DNA from: an uncultured bacterium
Lineage (GTDB): Bacteria > Chloroflexota > UBA5177 > JANWHV01
Assembly (NCBI GenBank): GCA_963827235.1
Contig: CAWHAE010000009.1
Location: 1,184,001 to 1,248,000 of the forward strand
DNA length: 64,000 bases
Direction of reading: 5' to 3'
Under the pieces are notes generated by a model. It did not search any database, had not been told where the DNA came from, and saw nothing but the letters and a program-made list of their open reading frames with translations. This document shows, piece after piece, positions 16,553-26,288 of this stretch. Position 1 is the stretch's first letter, and each line of letters begins with the position of its first letter. The position numbers and the translations under genes are program-made.

Positions 16553-19500
16553 TCTCTCCCCGTTGCTCGTGCCGAGTGAGATGGTTTGTGCCGGTGGGTT
16601 AGTCGCAGCGCTCACAGGTGAGGGCGACAGGGGCGTTGTCTGCTGCGGTGGTCCATCCACTGCAAAGGCGACTGCCCACGCGTGCTGCACTCGTGCCGCC
16701 CATGCCAATAGCCCAGCGCGCTCGCCTGTGGTGAGACGAGCCTCGACGCGTGCCAATGCCGCGGCGCTCGCCTCGAGGTCGCCGTGCGACAGGCTGGTCT
16801 CGGCAAGCCAAAGATCGATTTGTGTTTGGAGGTGCGGTGCGCACAGCGATGCACACAGGGTGCGTGCGTCTTCGAACAGCGCTGCAGCCGCGTCCAGATC
16901 ACCGCGATCGTAGGCGATACGACCCAGATTCATCTGATAGCGCGCGAAGAGCTCCTGGTTCCCATGGCGCTCCGCCTCGGCCTGCCCCCGTCGAAACCAC
17001 TCCTCTGCCTCACTCCACCGCCCTTCTGCCAAGGCAATCTCGCCCTGTGTGCCATGGAGCCACTGGGACGGGAGGTCTAGCCTCTGCGCCCGCGCCACAC
17101 GCACGCCGGCGTCGACATACGCGTGCGCGCGGCCGTGGTCGCCGTACAGCAGTGCGTGGTGCGATGCATGGTTGGAAGCTAGCGCTTCCCAATAGCCGTC
17201 TCTAGCTTCCTGTGCCAGGCCCATTGCCGTCTCACATGCCACAAGGGCGCCGGCAACGTCCCCGCGTTCGGCGAGCACGTGGCCGAGCTCCAAACGTCCT
17301 CGGGTCTCCAGCAGTATGAGGCGATGCTCTGCGGCCAGGCGTATCGTGTGGGCAAGATGCGTCCCTGCCTCGGCCAAGGACCCGCGATCGCGCCGGTCCA
17401 GACCAAGCAAGAGATGAGCGTATGCACATGCCTCCGGTTCCTGCTCGGTTTCGAGATAGGCCAGGCTCCGCTCAGCCCAGCGCACATGCGCTTCTGGCCG
17501 GCAGGACTGGGCCTCAACCTCGGCGAGTCCGAGCGCGGCCCGCGCGGCCTCTATCCACTCGCCGGCGGCCTCATAGCGCTCCAGTGCCGACATGTAGGCG
17601 GCTTGCGCGCTCGGAAGATCCCCTGCGCGGACAAGCGCGCGCCCTAGCCCCATGTAGCGCTCAGGCGTCGGTTCAAACGTCAGGGCTCGCTGGAAGAATG
17701 CGGCAGCCTCGGTCGGTGCCGCGAGCCCCAAGGCGTGCTGGGCGGCCATATCGGCGAAGTGCGCTGCCGTGCTCGAGAGCCGCGCGGCGGCGTAATGCTC
17801 GGTGAGCCGGCCGGCCAGCACAGGCAGGTGTTCACGTCGGGTGACTGCCGACAGCGCTTCGGCAGCACGGCGATGCAGTACGGCGCGGCGCGCGCCACCA
17901 AGGTCGCTCCGCACGATGGCGGCAACAAGCGGATGGGTGAAGCGGTACCCGCCGTCCCCTTCGATCAGCATCGCGGCGGCGGTGAGCGCGTCCACTGCGT
18001 CGAGCGTTTCCTCCTCGCTTCGCCCGCTCACCTCGCACAATGCCGCGAAGCCGCCGCCCGGCTCGAGCACCGCTGCCGCGTGCAGGACATCCTGTGCAGC
18101 CTCGGGTAACCGGGAGAGGCGTGCCCGCACGAGGTCGGCCAGTGAGCCCGGCACAGCTCCGCGTGGCGCGCGGGCCAGCTCGATGAGAAAATAGGGATTG
18201 CCCCCACTGAGCGCGTGCGCCTCGGCTGCATCTTCCGGGCTGCCGCCTGCCGCGGCGAAGAGGGTCTCCCCGGCAGTGGATGTCAAGCGAGAGAGCGCCA
18301 CTGTCCGCGCCACTCCCAAATGCTGCCAGGTGGCGAGGAGCCGCGCCAGCCCCGGCGACTCGTCGCCGGAGCGGTAGGAGGCTACCAGCAACAGCGGCAC
18401 GTCGCGGAGGCGTCGCACCAGGAAGGCGAGCCAGGAGAGCGTCGTGCTGTCGGCCCACTGGAGGTCGTCAACCCACAGAATCAGCGGAGCCGCAACGAGG
18501 GCGCTCACGCACTGCGTGAGCGCCTCGAAGAGTCGGCTCTGTTCCTCGGCCGGGGGAAGGTCGGCGCGCCGCGGCAGATCGGGGCGCGTGAGGCCGATGT
18601 CGGGAAGCAGACGGGCAACCTCGGCCAGCCAGATCGGAGCTACCGGGCACTGGCGGGCGAGCAGGCGCTGGCGCACGGCGCGTCCGGCCAACAGGTCGAT
18701 CACCGGCGCGAGTGGCAGGAGCTGCACAGCCTCAAGGCAGAGCATCTCCAGGACCGTCGACTGACGTGGCAAGGCTGCCGACCATTCACACCACAGTCGT
18801 GTCTTGCCGATGCCTGCCTCTCCCGTCAACAGTGCCACGCGCGCATGACCCTGTGAGACGTACCGCAGCTCATCGTCCAGTATCGCCAGGTCGGCGGCGC
18901 GCTCCATGAACGGCGTCTTCCCAGGCGCGGCACTACCGTACTCGTGGCGACCTGCAAGGGTCGCGTCCGCCACGGCGGGGAGGGTTCCCGCCACGATACG
19001 CGCTCGCATTGCGTCGCTTTCCGGCAGCGGTACCACGCCGAGCTCACGTTCCAGGGTCGTCCGTAGCGTGTCGTACCACCCGAGGGCTCGAGCGCGGTCG
19101 CCAAGCATGGCATGCGCCTCCATCAGTGTGCGGTAGGTGGGTTCATGCAAGGGATCCACGGCGAGAGCACGCTCCGCCACGGAGATGATCTCATCCCACC
19201 CGGCCCGTGAGCGGAGCATGCCGATCAGAGCGCCAAATAGATACACCTGGACACGGGCCAATCGCTCGCGCTCCGCCGCGAGCCAGAGCTCGAAATCCGG
19301 CGCCTCCGTGAGCAAGAGTCCCTCGACCAAGGTCCCTCGATACAAGGCAATGACCTGGCGCAAGTTTTCCAGGGGCAGTACCGTCGCGCCGTTATCCTTG
19401 CAGCGCACAGCCGCAGCGTCAAACTCCCACAAGTCGACGCGCAGCGCGCGGTGGAGGGCGAGGTGCTCTGCCGACGCCACCACTACATCCTGGCCAAGCG

Positions 19501-19726
19501 TTTCGTGGAGAGACCACAGCACATTGCGCAAGTTCTTGCGCGCGGCCACCGAGGAACTCTCGCCCCACAGGAGAACCTGGAGGTGCTCACGCGTCTGCGG
19601 CAACCTCGATGCGGCAAGATAGGCCAGAAGGGCAACGGACTTGGCCCGCCGGACCACCGCGCCTTGGTCCCCTCGCAGGAAGCGCGGCGGCCCCAGGAGG
19701 TCGAGCTGTACAATGGACTGTTCCAC
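16511..19726 (-). CDS. SARP/BTAD transcriptional regulator with AAA_16 (STAND) ATPase and TPR-like C-terminus
   Basis: LDLLGPPRF..ALLAYLA..RE.L..LLWGE, LYRG.LVEG..FELWL..ERE, VDPLHE (BTAD), GEAGIGKT, WVDDLQWAD, GGNPYFLIEL, F.HPL; start estimated at GTG 19726. Confidence 0.9.
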   Translation of the reverse strand: MEQSIVQLDLLGPPRFLRGDQGAVVRRAKSVALLAYLAASRLPQTREHLQVLLWGESSSVAARKNLRNVLWSLHETLGQDVVVASAEHLALHRALRVDLWEFDAAAVRCKDNGATVLPLENLRQVIALYRGTLVEGLLLTEAPDFELWLAAERERLARVQVYLFGALIGMLRSRAGWDEIISVAERALAVDPLHEPTYRTLMEAHAMLGDRARALGWYDTLRTTLERELGVVPLPESDAMRARIVAGTLPAVADATLAGRHEYGSAAPGKTPFMERAADLAILDDELRYVSQGHARVALLTGEAGIGKTRLWCEWSAALPRQSTVLEMLCLEAVQLLPLAPVIDLLAGRAVRQRLLARQCPVAPIWLAEVARLLPDIGLTRPDLPRRADLPPAEEQSRLFEALTQCVSALVAAPLILWVDDLQWADSTTLSWLAFLVRRLRDVPLLLVASYRSGDESPGLARLLATWQHLGVARTVALSRLTSTAGETLFAAAGGSPEDAAEAHALSGGNPYFLIELARAPRGAVPGSLADLVRARLSRLPEAAQDVLHAAAVLEPGGGFAALCEVSGRSEEETLDAVDALTAAAMLIEGDGGYRFTHPLVAAIVRSDLGGARRAVLHRRAAEALSAVTRREHLPVLAGRLTEHYAAARLSSTAAHFADMAAQHALGLAAPTEAAAFFQRALTFEPTPERYMGLGRALVRAGDLPSAQAAYMSALERYEAAGEWIEAARAALGLAEVEAQSCRPEAHVRWAERSLAYLETEQEPEACAYAHLLLGLDRRDRGSLAEAGTHLAHTIRLAAEHRLILLETRGRLELGHVLAERGDVAGALVACETAMGLAQEARDGYWEALASNHASHHALLYGDHGRAHAYVDAGVRVARAQRLDLPSQWLHGTQGEIALAEGRWSEAEEWFRRGQAEAERHGNQELFARYQMNLGRIAYDRGDLDAAAALFEDARTLCASLCAPHLQTQIDLWLAETSLSHGDLEASAAALARVEARLTTGERAGLLAWAARVQHAWAVAFAVDGPPQQTTPLSPSPVSAATNPPAQTISLGTSNGERGTDRGTVRGTDSA

Positions 19727-19911
19727 AGCAGTGGCTCCGCAGCGCCTCTTTCGCACGCAAGTATACACCGGCCCGGGACTTGCGACCATGAACCGGCTTC
19801 GGCCGGGCATGTGTCACGATTGTGGTCATCCAGATCAACCGGAATCCGTACCGGCGTGTGCGATTGCCGCCGACGCAGTCTGTGTCGCTCCTGGCGAGCA
19901 GTGGGGCGTGA

Positions 19912-19974
19912 GGGACGGACAAAGGGACAGATCGAAGGACGAGACACGGGACAGCGCGCGTGTAGGATGCGAGT
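19912..19974 (+). promoter_or_regulatory. Putative SARP-activated promoter, right copy (GGGAC x4 at 12-bp period, 8 nt, TAGGATGCGAGT)
   Basis: GGGAC 19912, 19924, AGGAC 19936, GGGAC 19948; TAGGAT 19963-19968; points to the BON/PRC/Hsp20 genes. Confidence 0.7.
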
Positions 19975-20326
19975 GCAGGTGACGCCCGGGAACAGGCCCG
20001 ACACGGCCGTCGGGCTGAAGCTGGGTGTTCTGGCACGCCGCGGTGAGCCCACGCTGGAAAGCGAGGTGAAGGCGAAGGCTATCGTGGCCCGCCATGCAGA
20101 TGGTGTGCAGGAAGCAACCATGCCCACGCCACAGCGGGAGCAGCCGCAGAAGAATGAGGCGGGCTGGGCGCGCAGTCGCGGCCAGAAGGCACCTGCCGTG
20201 GAGCGGGTCGACTCAGGCGCCACGATGCCGATTGGGACATGAGTCGGCAGTGACGAAGCGGGACCGCGACGACTGATGCACTGCACGGCGACAGCTTGGC
20301 GACGGCACGACAGCGGAAGGACAGAC

Positions 20327-21007
20327 ATGATGGCAGAATCGTCTGCAATGAGCGACACGCAAATCCAGCAGGATGTCCTGCGGGAGTTGCGCTGGGACAG
20401 TCGGGTCGAGGCACCCGATGTCGGCGTGGCAGTGCACCACGGCGTGGTGACGCTGACCGGCACAGTCGAAAGCTATGCCACGAAGCTCGCGGCGGCTGAG
20501 GCTGCGCACCGGGTGGCAGGTGTCCAGGATGTCGCCAACGACCTCACGATCAAGCTGCCGGGCATTGGCGACCGGACCGATGCGGAGATTGCGCAGGCGG
20601 TGCGGCAGGCCCTGGCCTGGGATCCGCTCGTGCCTGATGAGCACATCCAGAGCACGGTAAGCAACGGCTGGGTCACGATCACGGGGAAGGTTGACCGCTG
20701 GGCGCAACGGGAGGACGCCGCGCATGCCATCCGTCACCTCTGGGGCGTCCTGGGCGTGACCAATGAGATCACGATCAGCGCGCCGCAGGTGGATCCCGCG
20801 AGCATTCGCACCGCCATCGAGGAGGCGCTGGACCGTCGCGCCGACCGCGAGGCCGGGCGGATCCACGTGCAGGTCAAAGACGGCATCGTGACGTTAACCG
20901 GCAGCGTGCGCTCCTGGGCGGAAAAGCAGGCCGTAGTCGGCGCCGCCGGGCACGCAAAAGGTGTCAGCGGTGTACGCGATGAGCTGGGCATCAAGCCACT
21001 TGCTTGA
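20327..21007 (+). CDS. Triple BON-domain (OsmY-like) protein
   Basis: SDTQIQQDVLRELRWDSRV, GVVTLTGTV, GWVTITGKV, GIVTLTGSVRSWAEK; no signal peptide. Confidence 0.92.
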   Translation: MMAESSAMSDTQIQQDVLRELRWDSRVEAPDVGVAVHHGVVTLTGTVESYATKLAAAEAAHRVAGVQDVANDLTIKLPGIGDRTDAEIAQAVRQALAWDPLVPDEHIQSTVSNGWVTITGKVDRWAQREDAAHAIRHLWGVLGVTNEITISAPQVDPASIRTAIEEALDRRADREAGRIHVQVKDGIVTLTGSVRSWAEKQAVVGAAGHAKGVSGVRDELGIKPLA

Positions 21008-21228
21008 CCAGGGCTATCCGGGGATTGGCAGCTTTCGGCACTGCGGTCGTCGGCGTGCCGGAAGCCGGTTATTGGTGGTGGCCCCTAGCCTGTGCGGCGA
21101 CAACTCGGGAAACAACGTCAAGGGCAGGTGAGGGCGGCGCTACGAGCTGCGAGCTGGGTAGATGAGATATGGGAGCGTCGAGCAGCGACGCCAACGCCGC
21201 ACGCTGCAGCGTACAGGGAGAATCGAGC

Positions 21229-21897
21229 ATGACAACCCCTTCTGATATGGTCTGCGAGCACATCAACAAACTGATCGCCTACGGGCAACGGGTCTACGAT
21301 TCCGACGGCAACAAGCTTGGAACGGTCGGACTGTATGACACCAGGACGGGATGGATGACCGTGGAAAAGGGTGCTTTTGTGCACCATGCGCTGTACATCC
21401 CCTTCAGTGTCATCGCCACGATCGACGAGCGAGAGATCGGTCTCAGCCTGTTGAAAGATGACCTGTTGGCCGTCTATACCAATCCGCCCACGCGCACGAC
21501 GCTGGTGAAGGACACGGCGACTCCCGGCGCGAGCGCGGTTGAGCACGTGGCGGTGACCACCGTCCCCAGTGGCTATACGGGCGCGCCGGTGCAGGTGGAC
21601 TCGACCAATCTTGACCAGATCAAGCGGCAGATCGAGATCGGGATGCGCGTGTTCGATGTTTACGGCGAGAAGGTGGGCACGATAGACGCCTTCAATACCG
21701 CTCGCGACTATCTGGAGATCCGGAAGAGCAGGTTTCTGACCCATGACCTGTTTGTCCCGCTGGCGCTCGTGGACAGCGTGGACCTGGTCGCGCGCGACGT
21801 CCAACTTGCGGTCACCAAGGACCACCTCAGGCGGGTATGCGTCGTGATGCGAGCGGGCGACTCTACTCCCGGCACCATTGAGGTTCCGGCCAACTAA
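21229..21897 (+). CDS. Tandem PRC-barrel (DUF2171-like) protein
   Basis: Two repeats: GQRVYDSDGNKLGTV..LYIPFS and GMRVFDVYGEKVGTI..LFVPLA. Confidence 0.8.
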   Translation: MTTPSDMVCEHINKLIAYGQRVYDSDGNKLGTVGLYDTRTGWMTVEKGAFVHHALYIPFSVIATIDEREIGLSLLKDDLLAVYTNPPTRTTLVKDTATPGASAVEHVAVTTVPSGYTGAPVQVDSTNLDQIKRQIEIGMRVFDVYGEKVGTIDAFNTARDYLEIRKSRFLTHDLFVPLALVDSVDLVARDVQLAVTKDHLRRVCVVMRAGDSTPGTIEVPAN

Positions 21898-21989
21898 CGA
21901 GGCGGCATCCGCAGCGAGCGTTGTGGCGGCGGTTGGCGGGATAGCGGCATACGGCAAGACAGCAGAGCTTTAGCAGAGGAGAGTTATCG

Positions 21990-22547
21990 ATGGCCAAGCC
22001 AGACAGCACACTTCAGGAAGGCAAGGTCGAGGTACAGGCGGCAAAGGGCAGCGGTACCGCCCTGCAGCCACGTGAGGAACGGGGCCTGCGACGCAGGGAA
22101 CCGTCTGATCTGTTTGAGGATATGCAGCGGGAGATGGCACGGTTCTGGAACCAGCTGAGCCCGTTCGCGGGTTGGTCGCCGTTCCGAGCTCCACGAGTCT
22201 GGGCGCAGACCGGCCCGGCGTGGGAGCCGACTGCTGACGTCTATGAGAAGGACGACAACCTCATCGTCAAGGCTGAGCTGCCCGGGGTCAAGAAGGAGGA
22301 CATCGACATCGAGCTTGACCAGGAGAGCTTGATTATCCGCGGTGAGCGTCACGGGGAGCACGAGGTGCGAGACGAGCAATTCTACCGCAGCGAGCGCAGC
22401 TACGGCAGCTTCTATCGCCGGCTCCCTGTACCTGAGGGGGTGCGGCCCGATCAAATCCACGCGAGCTTTGCCGATGGCGTGCTCGAGGTCCGCATGCCAA
22501 AGCCAAAGGAAGTGGAAGCGAAGCGCCAGAAGATCAACGTGAAGTAG
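21990..22547 (+). CDS. Hsp20/alpha-crystallin small heat shock protein
   Basis: P.ADVYE, AELPGVKKEDI, ERSYGSFYRRLPVP, ASFADGVLEVRMPK. Confidence 0.96.
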   Translation: MAKPDSTLQEGKVEVQAAKGSGTALQPREERGLRRREPSDLFEDMQREMARFWNQLSPFAGWSPFRAPRVWAQTGPAWEPTADVYEKDDNLIVKAELPGVKKEDIDIELDQESLIIRGERHGEHEVRDEQFYRSERSYGSFYRRLPVPEGVRPDQIHASFADGVLEVRMPKPKEVEAKRQKINVK

Positions 22548-22729
22548 CGTGACCCTCGCGGCAAGGGAGACTCCCGGATTCCTCACCTCAAAGCCGTCTC
22601 GCAGGTAGCCACCGCCAGCGACGTGCGGTGGCTACCTGACATTATCTCGTGCAGGCACGTGCCGGCACTATCAAGACGGCACATATCTCCACAGACTCGG
22701 TCGGCGGTGACTTCTGGAAATCCTAATGG

Positions 22730-22915
22730 CAGGGATCAAGGTCGCCGCGAAGCTCACCCAGGGCAGGTAGGACAGCAACAAGAATGCGCCAAGGCGGGAG
22801 TCCCGCGCCATCGCCCAGATAGTCAGGACCAGCTATTGCCACTGCGCCCCCGCCCTCACGTACCAGCACGCAACCGACCAGAGCCCGCAGATCTTTGACC
22901 GTGAAAGTATCCATG
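22730..22915 (-). pseudogene. Probable frameshifted TspO/MBR remnant
   Basis: A frame not in the ORF track reads LVLTIWAMARDSRLGAFLLLSYLPWVSFAATL, close to the TspO C-terminal LLxPYLxWVSFAxxL motif; preceded by an in-frame stop. Confidence 0.5.
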
Positions 22916-22928
22916 AGCAGTGAGCGAC

Positions 22929-23684
22929 CTATGAGCGCTCCGCCTGCTGGCTGGGGAGCGACCGCTCCGCCTGCGTGGCAGTCAAGAACGATGCCGGCGA
23001 GTGCACGACTGCATAGATGGCCGCAGCCACTGCCGCACCGATCAGTGGTGCCACGATAAACAGCCAGAGCTGGCCGAGCGCCCAGCCGCCTACGAACAGG
23101 GCGGGCCCAATGCTGCGAGCCGGATTCACCGATGTATTGTCGACCGGGATACCGACCAGGTGGATCACGGTCAGAACCAGGCCGATACCAAGCCCGGCGA
23201 AGCCCACGGGGGCCTTGATGTCGGTGGTGCCGAGCACGGTGAAGACGAGAAAGAAGGTCAGCACCACTTCCGCGACGAACGCAGCCAGGAGACTGTACTG
23301 GCCCGGTGAATGGTTGCCGAAGCCGTTGGCGCCGAAGCCTCTGGCGCCGGGATCGTAGCCGCCCGGCGCACCCTTCGCGATGACAAGGAGCAACACTGCC
23401 GCGACGATTGCTCCCACTACCTGGGCCACGATGTACCCGGGGACGTCCCGGCTAGCCATCTTCTTGCTGAGCCACACTCCGAGTGTGACGGCCGGATTGA
23501 CGTGACAGCCAGAAACCGGCCCGATGGCGTAAACCATGGCGAGCAAAGAGAGCCCAAAGGCGACGGCCACGCCGAGATTGCCAATCTTCGCGCCGGCAAC
23601 GACGGCACTACCGACACCACCGAAGACCAATACGAATGTGCCGACGCATTCGGCGAGATACTTGTTCCACGCAAGGCCTGCCAT
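22929..23684 (-). CDS. aqpZ: Aquaporin Z
   Basis: AECVGTF, SGCHVNPAVT, ANGFGNHSPGQYS, NTSVNPARS. Confidence 0.92.
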   Translation of the reverse strand: MAGLAWNKYLAECVGTFVLVFGGVGSAVVAGAKIGNLGVAVAFGLSLLAMVYAIGPVSGCHVNPAVTLGVWLSKKMASRDVPGYIVAQVVGAIVAAVLLLVIAKGAPGGYDPGARGFGANGFGNHSPGQYSLLAAFVAEVVLTFFLVFTVLGTTDIKAPVGFAGLGIGLVLTVIHLVGIPVDNTSVNPARSIGPALFVGGWALGQLWLFIVAPLIGAAVAAAIYAVVHSPASFLTATQAERSLPSQQAERS

Positions 23685-24079
23685 GTCTCTACCTCCCGCG
23701 TTGCGGTGTGGCCGCAGCGATCGCCATACACCCACAGCGTGTTTCACTGCGCGCCGCTGCCGGCCCTCTCCGGATGACCTCGCCAGGAGGATGGTGCCGG
23801 TCCGGCATCGCTACGATCCGCAGCCAGCCCGATTCTACACCTCCGCAGGGTGCAGGTCGAGAAGAGGTCTCCGCAGCATGCGAAAAGGCGTGCGACGCCT
23901 CGTAGGCGGCCGCCATACCAGGCAAGAACTTGGTATGATGGCCCCCGGCCGGCGGCGGTGAAGCCGCCTAAGTGCCCGGGCCTGGCATCGTGCCACCCGA
24001 CCAGGCTAGCATCCGGCGTCGTGGGTAGTACGTGAGGCCTGGGCGGCTATTGCGTATCGCCGAGCAGAGAGGGTAAGCA

Positions 24080-24268
24080 ATGAACGACGACGACAGTGAA
24101 GATCAGCACCCAGACCGCGAGAGTGAATTCCACCTGGCCTTATCCGAGGAAGACCGCAAGCTGCTCGACGAGCTAGCGGGCCGCATGGGCGTATCCCGCG
24201 CGGAGACGATCCGCCGGGCTCTTCATCTGGCCAAGTCCATCCAGGATATGCACATGTGGGCGAGGTAG
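24080..24268 (+). CDS. Ribbon-helix-helix (CopG-like) DNA-binding protein
   Basis: FHLALSEEDRKLLDELAGRMGVSRAETIRRAL; GAGAGGG RBS. Confidence 0.7.
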   Translation: MNDDDSEDQHPDRESEFHLALSEEDRKLLDELAGRMGVSRAETIRRALHLAKSIQDMHMWAR

Positions 24269-24477
24269 CCCGCGGAGCGATGAGTGGGCCTGTCCGCAGA
24301 GCCACGACGGCCGCGGAGTGGTAGGCGAAGCGGAGCAAGCGTACGCTGGTGCCGTCCCGGATGTTCTTCCAGGCTGCCTACACCCTCGAGTCCGGCCCGC
24401 GCGATCCGCAAGAGCCGACACCGCGCAGGTGCCGCCTTGAGCTGTCGCTTCCGTGGCACGTGCCGGCAATCGTCAGT

Positions 24478-24996
24478 CTACTCCGATCCGGGCGCCGAAA
24501 ACCACGTCAAGTCATAGGCGACGGCGAACTGGGACGTCCGCAGCTCCAGCGTGCTCAATAGAATGCCAAATGCCGTCAGGCCGGTGCCGGCCAGGAAAAC
24601 CAGCAGCGCCAGCTCGCCCAGCCACGTTACTACGCTGCCCTGGGCTGCCACGGCGATCACGAACATGTCGAGGAAGAACACGATAGTCGCGTAGTTGACA
24701 CTCAGGACGCTCTTTCGCAGCAAGGCATGACGGCGCACGAGGTTTGGCAACTGCGCTTCGATTTCCTGGAGCCGTTGCGCGGGAAGAGACGGCAGGGCAG
24801 CGGGCCCCGGAGGCTCTGCTCCCGCATGAGCGCCGGCCAGCGCCAGGGCTCGGTGCTCCTGTGATAGGGCGCGCAGCCGATCGTTGAGGAAGGCGTAGCG
24901 ACTCAGCAAACTGCCGAGCACGATGGCACAGGTGGAGACCATGACCACCGGCGCCAGAATGAACTGAATGGTTCGGGTCACGACCTCGAGACTCAT
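24478..24996 (-). CDS. DUF2721 membrane protein
   Basis: IQFILAPVVMVSTCAIVL..L.SRY..LNDRLRAL plus C-terminal TM helices. Confidence 0.8.
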   Translation of the reverse strand: MSLEVVTRTIQFILAPVVMVSTCAIVLGSLLSRYAFLNDRLRALSQEHRALALAGAHAGAEPPGPAALPSLPAQRLQEIEAQLPNLVRRHALLRKSVLSVNYATIVFFLDMFVIAVAAQGSVVTWLGELALLVFLAGTGLTAFGILLSTLELRTSQFAVAYDLTWFSAPGSE

Positions 24997-25129
24997 CGCA
25001 GGCTCCGCGTCGAATACGGCGCGCGTCCAGGCAGCCTCTCCCGCGCATAGCTCTGCGCTACGAGCAGGCACCCCTTCATCCGGCACGCTGTGCCCCGCGC
25101 ACCGCAAAGACCAGGGGCCGCGGAACCGC

Positions 25130-26284
25130 TCATCCTGCCTCTTCCTTGAGCTGCAAGAAGGCATGCGGGTCGACGCGCCAGGCGCCCATCGCGTTCCCGG
25201 CAAACTCACAGGCGGTGGCGGACGCACGACTCCTGGGCGAGAGCTCCATGCCCCAGGTCGCGCTCATACTGACGGCCGTGTGGGCCAGGTCAAGCGTTCC
25301 GCCCTCCAAGACGCGAATACCGGAACTCCCTGTGCCGACGACGCGGCAGTCGACCATGGCAAATGCAGCGTCGTTCGACACGATGACGCCATTCCCCTCG
25401 CACCGGCGCACCGTGACATTCTCGGCGCAGTGGTTGCCGCCGCCTCCCACGTAGATGCCCGTCTCAGTCGTGCCATCGATCTCGCTGTCTTCGATAACGC
25501 AGGCCTGGCCGTCATGACCGCCGGGTACGTACAGGCCCGGTTGGTCGATATAGACGCCGTACCTACCGCTCAGGATTCTCGACCGATAGATCAGCACACC
25601 GCATCCCACCGCCGCGTGCACGCCACAGCCCGTGGCGGCAATCGCACAAGCCTTCAGCTCACATGACGCCCGGTTGCTCACCGAGACCCCCCGCCCGTCC
25701 CGTCGCGCGTTCCGCACACGAACACGCTCCAACACCGCGTGTGTGCCAACGCCCTGGACCCCGATCCCGGCGCGGGCCGCGCACGCGAGGAGACAGCCCC
25801 GCATGGACAACGAGCCCTGCTGGACGGCCACTGCTGTGAGGTCAGCCGCACCGGTGCAGCGAAGGGTCAGGCCGTGCAGTATTGCGGCTCCTCCCGCCAC
25901 GACCACGCAAGGCACACCCACCGTGGCGATCACGGGAAGCCCCGCATGGCCAACGCCCACGATCTCGAGTGGCTTGTCGATGGTGAGCGCCTCGGTGTAG
26001 ACTCCCGGCCACACGAGAATGCGGCTCATCGGCTCCACGTGCCGGATAGCTTCGGCGATCGAGCGGAACTGGGCCAGCTCTCCCGGTCCCACGGTCACGA
26101 CGCTGCCGCGGCACGACTGTGACTCCGGAAGGCGAGGCGCGAGGACTGCAGAGTCGCCGGGCGGCGTGGCCCTGGAATGACACACCACCGTGCCCGAGCC
26201 CGCGTTCGCCTGCGGTACCTCCACGGGCCTGCGTGTATCAGGACGCAGACGGGTGACTTCGCACCCGTATTGTGACTTCAGCAT
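25130..26284 (-). CDS. Right-handed parallel beta-helix repeat protein
   Basis: FRSIAEAI..G.RILVWPGVYTEALTIDKPLEIVG followed by GI.V/GV.V beta-helix repeats; ATG 5 nt after the upstream stop. Confidence 0.8.
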   Translation of the reverse strand: MLKSQYGCEVTRLRPDTRRPVEVPQANAGSGTVVCHSRATPPGDSAVLAPRLPESQSCRGSVVTVGPGELAQFRSIAEAIRHVEPMSRILVWPGVYTEALTIDKPLEIVGVGHAGLPVIATVGVPCVVVAGGAAILHGLTLRCTGAADLTAVAVQQGSLSMRGCLLACAARAGIGVQGVGTHAVLERVRVRNARRDGRGVSVSNRASCELKACAIAATGCGVHAAVGCGVLIYRSRILSGRYGVYIDQPGLYVPGGHDGQACVIEDSEIDGTTETGIYVGGGGNHCAENVTVRRCEGNGVIVSNDAAFAMVDCRVVGTGSSGIRVLEGGTLDLAHTAVSMSATWGMELSPRSRASATACEFAGNAMGAWRVDPHAFLQLKEEAG

Positions 26285-26288
26285 GATT

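Noticed and set aside
16502-19974. Inverted repeats read as IS/transposon ends
   Set aside because: No transposase inside and no target duplication seen; the phased repeats plus -10 hexamer fit promoters better, so kept only as an alternative
20120-20242. 40-aa ORF MPTPQREQ.. in the leader before BON1
   Set aside because: Weak RBS and no recognisable features; cannot be supported from sequence alone
22723-22914. 63-aa ORF MDTFTVKDLR.. as a real gene
   Set aside because: Better explained as frameshifted TspO debris
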